Shown here: one piece after another, positions 27,113 to 36,714 of the stretch
How positions within the stretch are numbered: the first letter of the stretch is position 1
Layout of the letters: the number at the start of each line of letters is the position of its first letter
NCBI GenBank assembly: GCA_903944085.1
Contig: CAJAQO010000286.1
Coordinates: 11,009-75,008 of the forward strand
Direction: 5' to 3'
DNA length: 64,000 bases
From: an uncultured Verrucomicrobia subdivision 3 bacterium
Lineage (GTDB): Bacteria > Verrucomicrobiota > Verrucomicrobiia > Limisphaerales > UBA11358
Program-made: the position numbers and the translations under genes
The notes under the pieces: generated by a model
Seen by the model: only the letters and a program-made list of their open reading frames with translations
Database searches by the model: none
What the model was told of the DNA's origin: nothing

Positions 27113-27488
27113 GATTCTTGGCACCGGCATTGACATCATCGAAGTGGCGCGCATCGCGGCGTCGTTTGAGAAATTCGGCGAACGGTTTGTGAACCGGATT
27201 TTGCGGCCCGATGAAATCGCGTATTGCCGGTCGCACAAAAATCCCGCGCCGTTTCTGGCCGTGCGCTTTGCGGCGAAAGAGGCGATTTCCAAAGCGTTCG
27301 GCACCGGCATCGGGGCGCAACTCGGCTGGCTGGACGTGGAAATCCGGCGGAAGGAATCCGGCGAACCGTTCGTGGTGCTGCATGGCAAGGGCCTGGATTT
27401 ACTCGCCAATCGCGGGGCAAAAAATTTGCACGTCAGCCTGAGCCACACGGAACATTACGCCGCCGCCACGGCGATTTTGGAAAATTAA
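27111..27488 (+). CDS. acpS: holo-[acyl-carrier-protein] synthase
   Basis: MILGTGIDIIEVARI ... FAAKEAISKAFGTGIG ... SLSHTEHYAAATAILE. Confidence 0.9.
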   Translation: MILGTGIDIIEVARIAASFEKFGERFVNRILRPDEIAYCRSHKNPAPFLAVRFAAKEAISKAFGTGIGAQLGWLDVEIRRKESGEPFVVLHGKGLDLLANRGAKNLHVSLSHTEHYAAATAILEN

Positions 27489-27563
27489 GCGGTGCGCGCA
27501 GGCGGCGCGGAATGTTTGCATCCTAACAGATAATGGACGGCCGGTTTTGCAGAGCTCTCTAAA

Positions 27564-27620
27564 AGCCGTTAAAACGGCTGTTGCCGCCGGGCTCCGAGAT
27601 CACCGGGCTGAAGCCCGGTG
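27564..27620. repeat. two REP-like hairpins between convergent acpS and the ABC-F gene
   Basis: agccgt-taaa-acggct (27564-27579) and caccgggc-tgaa-gcccggtg (27601-27620). Confidence 0.6.
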
Positions 27621-27774
27621 CTAATATGAAAGTCAGGCTCAGCTTGAACGCGAACTAGACCAAGCTTTCGCCCGGCGCGGAAAAGGCAGCGCGGTTCCAC
27701 CGTTTCCCGTCGTCGAGCCAAAATGCGCGTCGTCCGCCCGGAAGCGCGCCGGCCAATAGCGGAAATAACCGGGA

Positions 27775-29679
27775 TCAGCCGTTTCCGGCGGCCGCCCGGA
27801 TGGCCTCCAACTTCTCCCAGCGCGAATAAAGCTGCGTGACTTTTTCCTTCGCCGCGTCGAGTTCGTGAGTGAGGTCATTCACCTTGGCCGCGTGCTTGCG
27901 AAAAAATTCCGGGTCGGCGAACAAGCCTTCGATGCGCGCCACTTCCGCCTCGATGGTGTGAATCTGCGCTTCCATGCCTTCCAGCTCGCGCTGCTCCTTG
28001 AATGAAAGCTTGCGCGGCTTGGATTTCTGCGCAGCGGCGTCGCGGGAGAGCGCCGCTGATTTATTAATTGCAAGGATTGCGGCGCTCTGCCGAGACGCCG
28101 CGGCGGCGGCTTTTTCTTTCTTCTCCAAATAATAATCGTAGTCGCCGACGCTGTGATGAATTTTGCCGTCGCCTTCAAACGCCAGAATGTCGGTGCAAAC
28201 GCGATTGAGAAAATAGCGGTCATGGCTGACCACGCACGTCACGCCGGGAAACGCAATTAGCGCCTCCTCCAGCACGCGCAACGTCGGGAGATCGAGATCG
28301 TTCGTCGGTTCGTCAAGAATCAGGAAATTGCCGCCGCTTTTCAAAATGCGCGCAAGCAGCAGCCGGCTGCGTTCGCCGCCGGAAAGTTTTTTCACCAGCG
28401 TCATGATCCGGTCGTCTGCGAACAGAAACCGTTTCAGATACGAACGCACGGAAATTTTCGTCTCGCCCCATTGCACGAATTCCGTGCCGTCGGAAACTTC
28501 ATCCAGCACCGTGCGCTCTTCATTCAGTTGCAGCCGGCCCTGATCAACATAATTGAACTTCGTTAGCTGGCCGGTTTTCACCGTGCCTTCCGTCGGCGCC
28601 TGCTGGCCGATGATGATGCGCAGCAGCGTGGATTTTCCGAGCCCGTTGCGTCCGCAGATGCCGACGCGCTTACCGTTTTCAAAGGTGAAATTGAAACCGG
28701 AAAATAATTTCTTCCCGGCGATTTCCATGCCGAGGCCGGCGACCTCGACGGTGCGATTGCCAAGCTGCGGCGGCGGCGGGATGACCAGTTCCACGTCTTC
28801 CTCAATCACAGGTCCGTCTTTGGCCGCTTCGTTGTAATAGCGCTCGAAACGGTCTTTTTGTTTGCTGCGTTGCGCGCGCGGGCCTTGGCGCACCCACGCG
28901 AGTTCCTTTTTCAGAAACATCTGACGCTTGTGCTCGATCACCGCGTCGGCGGACTGGCGTTCGGCCTTGTCGAGCAGGTAATCGGTGTAATTGCCGGCGT
29001 GTGAAAAAAACTTGCCGTCGCACAATTCGAGAATGCTGGAGGCGACGCGATCCAAAAAATAGCGATCATGCGTGACGACGAGAAAGCTGCCGCCAAAATT
29101 TTCCAGAAACTCCGCGACCCACTCGATGGATTCTGGGTCAAGATGGTTCGTTGGCTCGTCGAGCATCAGGAAATCCGGACGCGAAACAATCGCGCGGCAC
29201 ATCGCCACGCGCCGCTTCTCGCCGCCGGAAAGCGTTTCGATGCGCCGCTCGCCGGCGGGACAATTCAGGTGCGCCATTGCGATCTCAATGCGCCGGTCCA
29301 CCGTCCAGCCATCCAGCACCGCGATGCGTTGCTCCAGTTCCTCGTGCCGTTTCGAGTCATGCGGCAGCGACTCAAACTCTTTGATCAAATCCAGAACGTG
29401 TTGCGCGCCATCGTGGATATTTTCGGCCACGGTTTTCGTGGCATCCAGCATGAAATCCTGCGGCAAATAACTTGCGACGAGATCGCGCTGCCGGGAAACT
29501 TCGCCGCTGTCCGGCGCTTGCAGGCCGGCAAGAATTTTCAGGAACGTCGTCTTGCCGCAGCCGTTGCGGCCGACGAGGCCGATGCGGTCGCCTTCCTGGA
29601 TGCCGAGCGTAATATCGTCGAGCACCGTGTGCTGATTGTAGCGCACGGTGACGTCGGAGGCGGAAATGATGGTGGACAT
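27775..29679 (-). CDS. ABC-F family ATPase (Uup-like, two ABC domains plus C-terminal coiled coil)
   Basis: Two Walker A sites (GRNGCGKTT, GRNGLGKST), two LSGGE signatures and no TM domain. Coiled-coil tail ELEGMEAQIHTIEAEVARIE. Confidence 0.85.
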   Translation of the reverse strand: MSTIISASDVTVRYNQHTVLDDITLGIQEGDRIGLVGRNGCGKTTFLKILAGLQAPDSGEVSRQRDLVASYLPQDFMLDATKTVAENIHDGAQHVLDLIKEFESLPHDSKRHEELEQRIAVLDGWTVDRRIEIAMAHLNCPAGERRIETLSGGEKRRVAMCRAIVSRPDFLMLDEPTNHLDPESIEWVAEFLENFGGSFLVVTHDRYFLDRVASSILELCDGKFFSHAGNYTDYLLDKAERQSADAVIEHKRQMFLKKELAWVRQGPRAQRSKQKDRFERYYNEAAKDGPVIEEDVELVIPPPPQLGNRTVEVAGLGMEIAGKKLFSGFNFTFENGKRVGICGRNGLGKSTLLRIIIGQQAPTEGTVKTGQLTKFNYVDQGRLQLNEERTVLDEVSDGTEFVQWGETKISVRSYLKRFLFADDRIMTLVKKLSGGERSRLLLARILKSGGNFLILDEPTNDLDLPTLRVLEEALIAFPGVTCVVSHDRYFLNRVCTDILAFEGDGKIHHSVGDYDYYLEKKEKAAAAASRQSAAILAINKSAALSRDAAAQKSKPRKLSFKEQRELEGMEAQIHTIEAEVARIEGLFADPEFFRKHAAKVNDLTHELDAAKEKVTQLYSRWEKLEAIRAAAGNG

Positions 29680-29797
29680 GCCAATTTTAGAATATCCAAA
29701 ACCACGGGCGGAGTCGAATCAAAGTCGTCGCGGCCTCGCCAGTTTTTGCCGCCGATTAAAGTGGACTTTCGGTGGTGGCGAAATAAATAATTACTTT

Positions 29798-31819
29798 ATG
29801 AACCTAATTAAATGCCTGACGCGGGAGCTTTTGTTTTCAAAGCGCACAGTTCTATTTTCCATTTTCACCGGCGCAACCGTGATGCTGGCGCAAGCGCAGA
29901 CGAATGCGCCGGTGCCGGTTCTGCAAATCAAAGCCGATCAGGTGACCACGAAAGTCAGCCCGGTGCTTTACGGCCTGATGACGGAGGAAATTAATTATTC
30001 CTACGAAGGCGGGCTTTACGGTGAACTCATCCGCAACCGCGCCTTCAAGGCGAACGCGACGAACGCGGTGTTTTGGAACCTGATCGGCAACGGCGCCATT
30101 TCGCTCGACCCGACCGCGCCGCTGAACGACGCGTTGAATACCAGCTTGAAACTGGACGCGACGCAGGCGGCGAAAAATGCGCCGGCGGGAATTGCCAATG
30201 GCGGCTACTGGGGAATTCCGGTGAAACCGAAGTCGAGCTACCAGGTTTCGTTTTATGCCAAAGCTGCGGGCGGATTTAGCGGCCCGCTGACCGTGAGCAT
30301 TGAAAGCGCGGACGGCAAAAAAGTTTTTGCCCGCGCCGAGATTTCCGGCCTCACCGGCGATTGGAAAAAATATGACGTCACGTTGAAAATTAAAAATGTG
30401 AAGCCGTCGAAAGACAACGTTTTCAAAATCACCACGGTGTCGCCCGGCACGATCTGGTTTCAAAATGTTTCGCTGTTTCCGCCGACGTTTGCCAATCGCG
30501 CGAATGGCAACCGGCCTGACATCATGCAACTGCTTGCGGACATGCACCCGAAATTTCTGCGGCTGCCCGGCGGCAATTATCTGGAAGGCGATTACATCAA
30601 CGAGCGCTTTGATTGGAAGAAAACCATCGGCGACGTTTCGCAGCGGCCCGGCCACCGCAGCCCGTGGAATTATTGGTCCACGGACGGTTTCGGCCTGATG
30701 GAATATCTCGGGTGGTGCGAGGATTTGAAAATGGAGCCGCTGCTCGCGGTGTTCGCCGGCTACGCGCTGCGGCACGATTACATCAAGCCCGGTCCCGACC
30801 TTGAGCCTTACGTTCAGGATGCACTCGATGAAATTGAATACGTCACCGGCGACGCCGCGACGACGAAGTGGGGCGCGCAACGCGCGAAAGACGGCCATCC
30901 CGCGCCGTTTCCGCTGCATTACGTCGAAGTGGGCAACGAAGATTGGTTTGACCGTTCCGGCAGTTACGACGGACGGTTCACGCAATTTTTCAACGCCATC
31001 AAGGCGAAATATCCCAGCCTGCAAATCATCGCCACGGCCGATGTCAAAAGCAGCGTGCCGGATTTGCTTGATGAGCATTACTACAAATCGCAGGAGGAAA
31101 TGGAATCGCAGTCGCACCTGTATGACACACGCGAACGCGGCGGGCCGACCAAGGTCTTCGTCGGCGAATGGGCCACGCGCGTTGGCCGGCCCACGCCGAA
31201 CATGGCGGGCGCGCTCGGCGACGCCGCCTGGATGTGCTGCATGGAACGCAATTCCGACCTCGTCCTTTTGGAATCGTATGCGCCGCTGTTTGTCAACGTC
31301 AGCGACCTGGCCCGCGGCGGCTCGATGCAATGGCCGAGCGACCTCATCGGCTACGACGCGCTCACCAGCTACGGTTCGCCATCGTATTACGCGCAGGTGA
31401 TGTTCAGCACGCATCACGGCGACAATGTGCTGGCGACGGATTCGCAAAACATTCCCACCTACGAATGGAAAGTTCCCACGCGCCGCCGCAACGGAGCGGA
31501 CCAGCCGGCCTCGACCCGGCAGGTGCCCGCGCTGTTCTTTGACGCCACGCGCGACAGCGCCAGCGGCGTCATTTATCTCAAAGTCGTCAACCGCCAAAGC
31601 ACGCCGCAGCCGGTGGCCATTGACATCAGCGGCGTCGCCGCCATCGCCGCCAAAGGCCACGCCACCGTCATGAAAGCCGGCAAGCCGGACGACACGAATT
31701 CACTGCAAGATCCAAAGCACATTATTCCCGTCTCCGAAAAGGCCAAAGGTCTCGGCAAAAATTTTACGCGCATCTTCCCGCCTTACTCCATCACGATTTT
31801 GGAACTGAAGACGAAGTAA
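29798..31819 (+). CDS. abfA: secreted alpha-L-arabinofuranosidase (GH51-like) with N-terminal carbohydrate-binding module
   Basis: Signal peptide MNLIKCL...AQAQ. FLRLPGGNYLEGDYINERFDWKKTIG, GLMEYLGWCEDLKMEPLLAV and YVEVGNEDW (acid/base Glu) fit GH51. The ORF is open from 29648. Confidence 0.8.
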   Translation: MNLIKCLTRELLFSKRTVLFSIFTGATVMLAQAQTNAPVPVLQIKADQVTTKVSPVLYGLMTEEINYSYEGGLYGELIRNRAFKANATNAVFWNLIGNGAISLDPTAPLNDALNTSLKLDATQAAKNAPAGIANGGYWGIPVKPKSSYQVSFYAKAAGGFSGPLTVSIESADGKKVFARAEISGLTGDWKKYDVTLKIKNVKPSKDNVFKITTVSPGTIWFQNVSLFPPTFANRANGNRPDIMQLLADMHPKFLRLPGGNYLEGDYINERFDWKKTIGDVSQRPGHRSPWNYWSTDGFGLMEYLGWCEDLKMEPLLAVFAGYALRHDYIKPGPDLEPYVQDALDEIEYVTGDAATTKWGAQRAKDGHPAPFPLHYVEVGNEDWFDRSGSYDGRFTQFFNAIKAKYPSLQIIATADVKSSVPDLLDEHYYKSQEEMESQSHLYDTRERGGPTKVFVGEWATRVGRPTPNMAGALGDAAWMCCMERNSDLVLLESYAPLFVNVSDLARGGSMQWPSDLIGYDALTSYGSPSYYAQVMFSTHHGDNVLATDSQNIPTYEWKVPTRRRNGADQPASTRQVPALFFDATRDSASGVIYLKVVNRQSTPQPVAIDISGVAAIAAKGHATVMKAGKPDDTNSLQDPKHIIPVSEKAKGLGKNFTRIFPPYSITILELKTK

Positions 31820-31826
31820 AAGATTT

Positions 31827-31910
31827 TTGGAGTGCGGCGACGCGTTGCCGCTTTCCAACTGGGAGACAGGTCTCCCAGTTCCAAAGCCCGGCCACGTCCG
31901 CGCACTCCAA
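31827..31910. repeat. 84-nt nested palindromic element (REP-like) between convergent genes
   Basis: Outer arms ttggagtgcg (31827-36) and cgcactccaa (31901-10) are perfectly complementary, as are inner aactgggagac (31857-67) and gtctcccagtt (31870-80). It fills the entire gap between the abfA stop (31819) and the next gene's stop (31912). Confidence 0.75.
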
Positions 31911-31911
31911 G

Positions 31912-32763
31912 TCAAAACGCCGCTTCCGGATTCGCCGCCAGCCATTCGCTCAATCGTGGCAATGGCGTGGATAAAATTTTCTGCACCTTGGAAATATCCA
32001 GCGATGTGTCCAAGGCGCGCAGTGGCCCCGGAAAATCTTTCGCCGAACCGGAGGCGATCTTCGTTGCCACCTCGGGCCAGCGTTTGACGAGCAGTTCGCC
32101 GATTTGCCGCCGCGACAATTTCTCCGCGCCGGCAACGTGATAAATGCCCGCGCCATTTTTCTCCACCAGCTTCCCAACCGCCCGCGCCGTTTCCACCGCC
32201 GGAATGGGACAGCGAAATTCATCCGTGAAAAGTGTCATCGGTTGCGCGGCCGACTGCAACGAGCGGCGCAACTGCTCGTTGAATGCGCGGCTGCCGGACG
32301 GCGATGCGCCGCCGTTGAGGGAAGTGCGGACGACCAGATGGCGCGGATTTTTCAGGATGATTTCTTCCGCCGCCAGCTTCGTCTCGCCATAAACATGCAG
32401 CGGATTCGGCGCGTCCGTCTCGGCATAATTTCCTTTGCGCCCGTCGAAAACCAAATCGGTGGAGAAAAACACGAACGGAATTTCCGCCGCCAGTTCCGCG
32501 AGCTGCTTGGTGGCCTCGACATTCACGCGCCAGGCGAGCGTCGGATTTTTCTGCGCTTCGCTGACGACGGTGATGGCGGCGCAGTGAATGACAAGTTGCG
32601 GTTTGTCCTTCTGAAAGGCTCGTTCGATGGCGGCGAAGTCGAGCAAATCAAAATCCGCGCGCGTCAGCGCCCGCACGCGCCAGTGAGGGGCAAAGTGGGG
32701 CGCGGTCTGGACGAGATAATTGCCAATCAGCCCGTTCGCGCCGGTGATCCAAACCAGTTTCAT
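31912..32763 (-). CDS. RmlD-like NAD(P)-dependent sugar-nucleotide reductase (SDR family)
   Basis: MKLVWITGANGLIGNYL (Rossmann GxxGxxG) ... VIHCAA ... STDLVFDG ... PLHVYGETKLAAE (YxxxK). The ORF is open to 32901. Confidence 0.7.
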   Translation of the reverse strand: MKLVWITGANGLIGNYLVQTAPHFAPHWRVRALTRADFDLLDFAAIERAFQKDKPQLVIHCAAITVVSEAQKNPTLAWRVNVEATKQLAELAAEIPFVFFSTDLVFDGRKGNYAETDAPNPLHVYGETKLAAEEIILKNPRHLVVRTSLNGGASPSGSRAFNEQLRRSLQSAAQPMTLFTDEFRCPIPAVETARAVGKLVEKNGAGIYHVAGAEKLSRRQIGELLVKRWPEVATKIASGSAKDFPGPLRALDTSLDISKVQKILSTPLPRLSEWLAANPEAAF

Positions 32764-33205
32764 CCGGCGAATTTTACCGTTTGGCAACCCATTTGCAAAT
32801 ACCGCGAAAACCACGTTCGCCACTGAAAAACGGAAAGCTGCGCGGGGTGACATTTTGCGCGTGGGCACTTCTGTCGGTGGGACGTGGGCGAAAGCCGTCA
32901 TTGCTTGGAACCGCCGGACAAACGAAGTGTGTTCGGGGCAGCTTGAGGCGGCACAGGATTTGATTACTGGCTGTTGAAATTTGACGGCGTGACCGGCAAC
33001 AAGGACAAGGAGCTGGACGATCCGAAGGGTTACGGCGCGATTGAATATGCGGATTACCTGATGGTGCAGCCGGCACGAGTGACCGGAACGGTGCGATCAG
33101 CCTGACCGCCGACTAAAAAACTATTATGCCGAACCTTTCCCCAACCGAGCGCGCCAGGAAATACGGCGCGCTCTTTTTGTCCTGGTGGATGGCCAGCCGC
33201 CCGCT

Positions 33206-34633
33206 TCAGCACACCCGCGCGACTTCGAGCTCCAGTAGTTGGCCGAGTTTGTTGATTTTATCGGCGATGCGGCCGACGCCGACGGCGCAATGATGCGCCG
33301 GGCCGTGGGCGTTCCAGTCGTTCACAAATTTTCGCGCGCCGATGCTGAAGCGATAACGACTGTTCGTGTTGCCAATTTCAAGAATCGGGCCGGGCACGGA
33401 TTCGCCCTCGGCCACGAGCAACTTTAATTTTCCATCCGCCGTTTCCACGACTGAGAGCAAGGTCACCGGGCCATGCTTCACGGACATTTCCACCGAAAGT
33501 CCCCGGCCCACTTTGCCGTGATACACTTTCAGCGGACGCACTTTGGTTTTGCCTTCCGCAATTTTGATGTGGCCCGGTCCGTCGTGGCCCATCAAAACGA
33601 CGTCGTCAGCAAAATCCATCGCATAATATTCCGTGAACGAGCCGCCCACGCCGAACGTGTCCATGATTTTCATGGCCTGCGCATTTTTCACTTCGTATTC
33701 GCCGGCGACGGGAATGCCGCGCGCGGTGAGCAATGAGTTCCCGAGAATGATCGAGCTGATGACGTCTTCATTTTCCGCGTTGCCGGTGCCGCTGTAAAAA
33801 TAGGCGAGCGAGCCGAGGTCGTGTTCTTTCACCAAGCGGTCGAGCGCGACGGAAGTTTTGGCGGCGCGTTCCAGCTCCGCCCGCGAACAGTCGGCCTGCA
33901 CGGCAAAAACCTTTCTAAATTGCGCGACGCGTGCTTTGATTTGGGCGGCGGAAACTTCGCGGCGCAAGGCGGCGAGTTCCTCCACTTCTAGAATTTCCAA
34001 GTGGCCGCCGAACGTGGCGCATTGCAGCGTCGTGTCGGAATAAATATCCAGCATCCCGCCGTAATAATGGCCCAGCAAGCCGAGGCGGTTGTGAAACATC
34101 GTGTGCGCCACGCGCGCGGCTTCGATCCACGCATCCACTTCGTTCCAGCAAACCGGATCGTCGTGCAGCATCCCGGTGACCTGATGAAAATCAATGCCGG
34201 CGCGGCTGAAGACGTTGGCGATTTCCGGCACCGGGCACGCGGCGCAATGCGCCAGCCAATCGCCGGTCATCGCCGTGCGGTCGCCCAGCGCATTGAACTT
34301 GGCATAATCAATCGCGGCGGCGGGTTGCAAATTCAAAATGATGACGGGCACTTTCGCGCGCTGCACCACCGGCAAAACGGTGGACGAAAGGGCATAAGTC
34401 GTGACGTGGAGAAAAATCACGTCCACATCCGCCGCGCGAAATTGATGGCCGGCTTCGAGCGCCTTCACCGGATTGTCAATCAGGCCGAGATTCACAACCT
34501 CGACGCCGGGACGTTCCAGCTTTTTTTGGACGGCGCGGACGTAGCCTTCGAGGCGCGGTTTAAGCCCTTTGAACTGCGGCCAATAGGTGTCGAGCCCGAT
34601 GCCGAAAAGACCGACGCGAAGTTGGCGTTTCAT
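33206..34633 (-). CDS. L-arabinose/L-fucose isomerase family protein
   Basis: 475 aa. N-terminal LRVGLFGIGLDTYWPQF ... VDVIFLHVTTYALSS and C-terminal GPAHHCAVGVG follow the AraA/FucI-family layout. Neighbours are a mutarotase and an arabinofuranosidase. Confidence 0.7.
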   Translation of the reverse strand: MKRQLRVGLFGIGLDTYWPQFKGLKPRLEGYVRAVQKKLERPGVEVVNLGLIDNPVKALEAGHQFRAADVDVIFLHVTTYALSSTVLPVVQRAKVPVIILNLQPAAAIDYAKFNALGDRTAMTGDWLAHCAACPVPEIANVFSRAGIDFHQVTGMLHDDPVCWNEVDAWIEAARVAHTMFHNRLGLLGHYYGGMLDIYSDTTLQCATFGGHLEILEVEELAALRREVSAAQIKARVAQFRKVFAVQADCSRAELERAAKTSVALDRLVKEHDLGSLAYFYSGTGNAENEDVISSIILGNSLLTARGIPVAGEYEVKNAQAMKIMDTFGVGGSFTEYYAMDFADDVVLMGHDGPGHIKIAEGKTKVRPLKVYHGKVGRGLSVEMSVKHGPVTLLSVVETADGKLKLLVAEGESVPGPILEIGNTNSRYRFSIGARKFVNDWNAHGPAHHCAVGVGRIADKINKLGQLLELEVARVC

Positions 34634-34731
34634 TTTGTTAAAGGATTAAGAATGGCAACCGCGAACCATCGCAGAATACGCGAACCATTTTTAATTTCGC
34701 CTGGTTTGCGTATTGCTCGGTTCAATCATTT

Positions 34732-35121
34732 TCAGCCGGAAATCAAAATGGTGTTCGCATATTGCGTGGTGTCGCCGGTGCGGATGAGGCCGATGGCGTG
34801 CGGCACGCGCTTCTTGAATTCGCCATGCGCCTCGAACTTGGTGGGAATGCGCTTGAGCGCGCGCGCAAACTTCTCCTGCATCGTCTTGAAATTATTTTTT
34901 TGAAATTCCTTCGCCATGTAGGCCTGCGTAAAATTGTGGTTTTTGCGCAGGGCGGTGATGAGCTGCAGCACGGTCGGCAAATCGTCCACGACGGAAACAT
35001 CCACCGTCTCGATTTCCGGCCAGAAGGGAAAGCCCCGGTCGGCGATGACGAGCGCGTTGGTGTGCCGCACACGGGCGAGCAGGGAAAGGATTTGCGGATT
35101 GAGAATGCCGGTGTTGATCAT
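34732..35121 (-). CDS. RbsD/FucU family sugar mutarotase
   Basis: GILNPQILSLLARVRHTNALVIADRGFPFW ... IRTGDTTQYANTILISG. Confidence 0.8.
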   Translation of the reverse strand: MINTGILNPQILSLLARVRHTNALVIADRGFPFWPEIETVDVSVVDDLPTVLQLITALRKNHNFTQAYMAKEFQKNNFKTMQEKFARALKRIPTKFEAHGEFKKRVPHAIGLIRTGDTTQYANTILISG

Positions 35122-35133
35122 AGTCCGGAGAAT

Positions 35134-36555
35134 CTAATTGCCCAGCAGCTGCTCGCCAAGCCTCAAAAGTTTCTGCACGGCGGCATCCGATGTCGCCTCG
35201 GCGTAAATGCGCAGCACCGGCTCGGTGCCGGAGCCGCGCAGCATCAGCCACGTCGAATCGGCCGCGACAAATTTCACGCCGTCGCGCGCGTCCACTTTCG
35301 CCAGCGGCGAGCGGAGGAGTTTTTTGGGCGGATTGCTTTTCAGGCGTTCCATGAGCGCGGCGCGTTTTTCCAGCGGATAGTGCGCGTCGAAGCGGGCATA
35401 ACGATGCGGACCAAATTCCTTTTCCAGGCACGCATAAATTTTGTTCACGGAAATTTTTTCCATGGCCAGCATTTCGAGCAGGAACAAGCCGGCCGCCAGC
35501 CCGTCGCGTTCGGGAATGTGATTCGCAAAGCCGACCGAGCCGCTTTCTTCCGCGCCGAACAGCGCGCCGGGCTTCATCAGCTCCGGCGCGATGAAGCGGA
35601 AGCCGATGCCGACTTCCGTGAGCGGCAGATTCCACGCGGCGCACATCTTGTCCACCATCGCGGTAGTATTAAAAGTCTTTGTCACCACGCCGCGATCGCC
35701 GCGATTGCGCACGAGATGATGCAGCAACAGCGCGATGACCTGCTGGTTGGTCAGCGGGCCACCGCGACCGTCCATCGCGCCGATGCGGTCGGAATCGCCG
35801 TCAGTCACGAGGCAAATGTCGTGCGGATTGCGCCGCAACTGCGCGCCACCAAGCGCGTAATTTTTCGGCAACGGTTCCGGGCAGATGCCGCCGAACAGAA
35901 TGTCATGCGCGCCGTTGAGCGTCGTGACGTGGCAAGAAGTTTTGGCGAGCAGCGTTTCAAAGACGCCCGCGCCGACACCAAACAAGGCATCATGCGCCAC
36001 GCGCAATTTTGATTGCGCGATCAACTTGAAATCCACGAGCCGCTTGATGGCGGCGAAGTGCGCGGGGCGGACGTCCAAATTGGCGATTGGCGATTGGCGA
36101 TTGACGATTGATTTGGGAGCGGTTGCGTCCAGAAGTTTTTCCACGGCCTGACATTCTTCCGCGCTGCTGCTGCCGCCGAAATGCGACTTGAGTTTGAAGC
36201 CGTTGAAAATCGGCGGATTATGGCTGGCCGTAATCATCACGCCGCCGACGGCGCCAAGATTTTTTACCGCATAGGAAATGGATGGCGTCGGCGTCGGTTC
36301 CGGCGTGAGCACGACCTTAAAATCATTGCCGGCAAAAACCTCGGCGGTGAGTTGCGCGAAACGGTCGGACAAAAAACGCCGGTCGTAGCCGATGACCACC
36401 TTTGGCTCGCGCCCGAAAATTTCCGATTTCCGATTTCCGATTTCCGATTTCCAAAAATCCGCCGTCGCCTGCGCCACGCGCGCGACGTTGGCAAAAGTAA
36501 AATCTTCCGCGATAACCGCGCGCCAGCCGTCGGTGCCGAATTTGATTTGAGTCAC
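35134..36555 (-). CDS. alpha-D-phosphohexomutase (phosphoglucomutase/phosphomannomutase)
   Basis: FGTDGWRA, ITASHNPPIFNGFK (catalytic Ser loop), VTDGDSDR (Mg site) and GEESG. Carries two translated heptamer arrays (see repeats 36079 and 36421). Confidence 0.85.
   Translation of the reverse strand: MTQIKFGTDGWRAVIAEDFTFANVARVAQATADFWKSEIGNRKSEIFGREPKVVIGYDRRFLSDRFAQLTAEVFAGNDFKVVLTPEPTPTPSISYAVKNLGAVGGVMITASHNPPIFNGFKLKSHFGGSSSAEECQAVEKLLDATAPKSIVNRQSPIANLDVRPAHFAAIKRLVDFKLIAQSKLRVAHDALFGVGAGVFETLLAKTSCHVTTLNGAHDILFGGICPEPLPKNYALGGAQLRRNPHDICLVTDGDSDRIGAMDGRGGPLTNQQVIALLLHHLVRNRGDRGVVTKTFNTTAMVDKMCAAWNLPLTEVGIGFRFIAPELMKPGALFGAEESGSVGFANHIPERDGLAAGLFLLEMLAMEKISVNKIYACLEKEFGPHRYARFDAHYPLEKRAALMERLKSNPPKKLLRSPLAKVDARDGVKFVAADSTWLMLRGSGTEPVLRIYAEATSDAAVQKLLRLGEQLLGN
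36079..36113. repeat. in-frame heptamer array (ATTGGCG)x3 plus 2 degenerate units inside the phosphohexomutase CDS
   Basis: attggcg attggcg attggcg attgacg attgatt, translated on the minus strand as SIVNRQSPIANLD. Confidence 0.85.
36421..36455. repeat. in-frame heptamer array (TTCCGAT)x4 plus 1 degenerate unit inside the phosphohexomutase CDS
   Basis: ttccgat x4 then ttccaaa, translated on the minus strand as WKSEIGNRKSEIF. Confidence 0.85.
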
Positions 36556-36714
36556 GCCATGAGCTTGCTCAAAAACCGGCGGCTTGCCAAGTTCGCTTGA
36601 ATCTCCGCGCAGACCGGCGGCTGCTTCGCGCCCGGTCTTTGTGCTGCATTTCGAAAACGACGGGTAGGGTTTTACCCCATTTCGTTTGATGGGTTTTGAG
36701 GCGATGCTGGGCTC

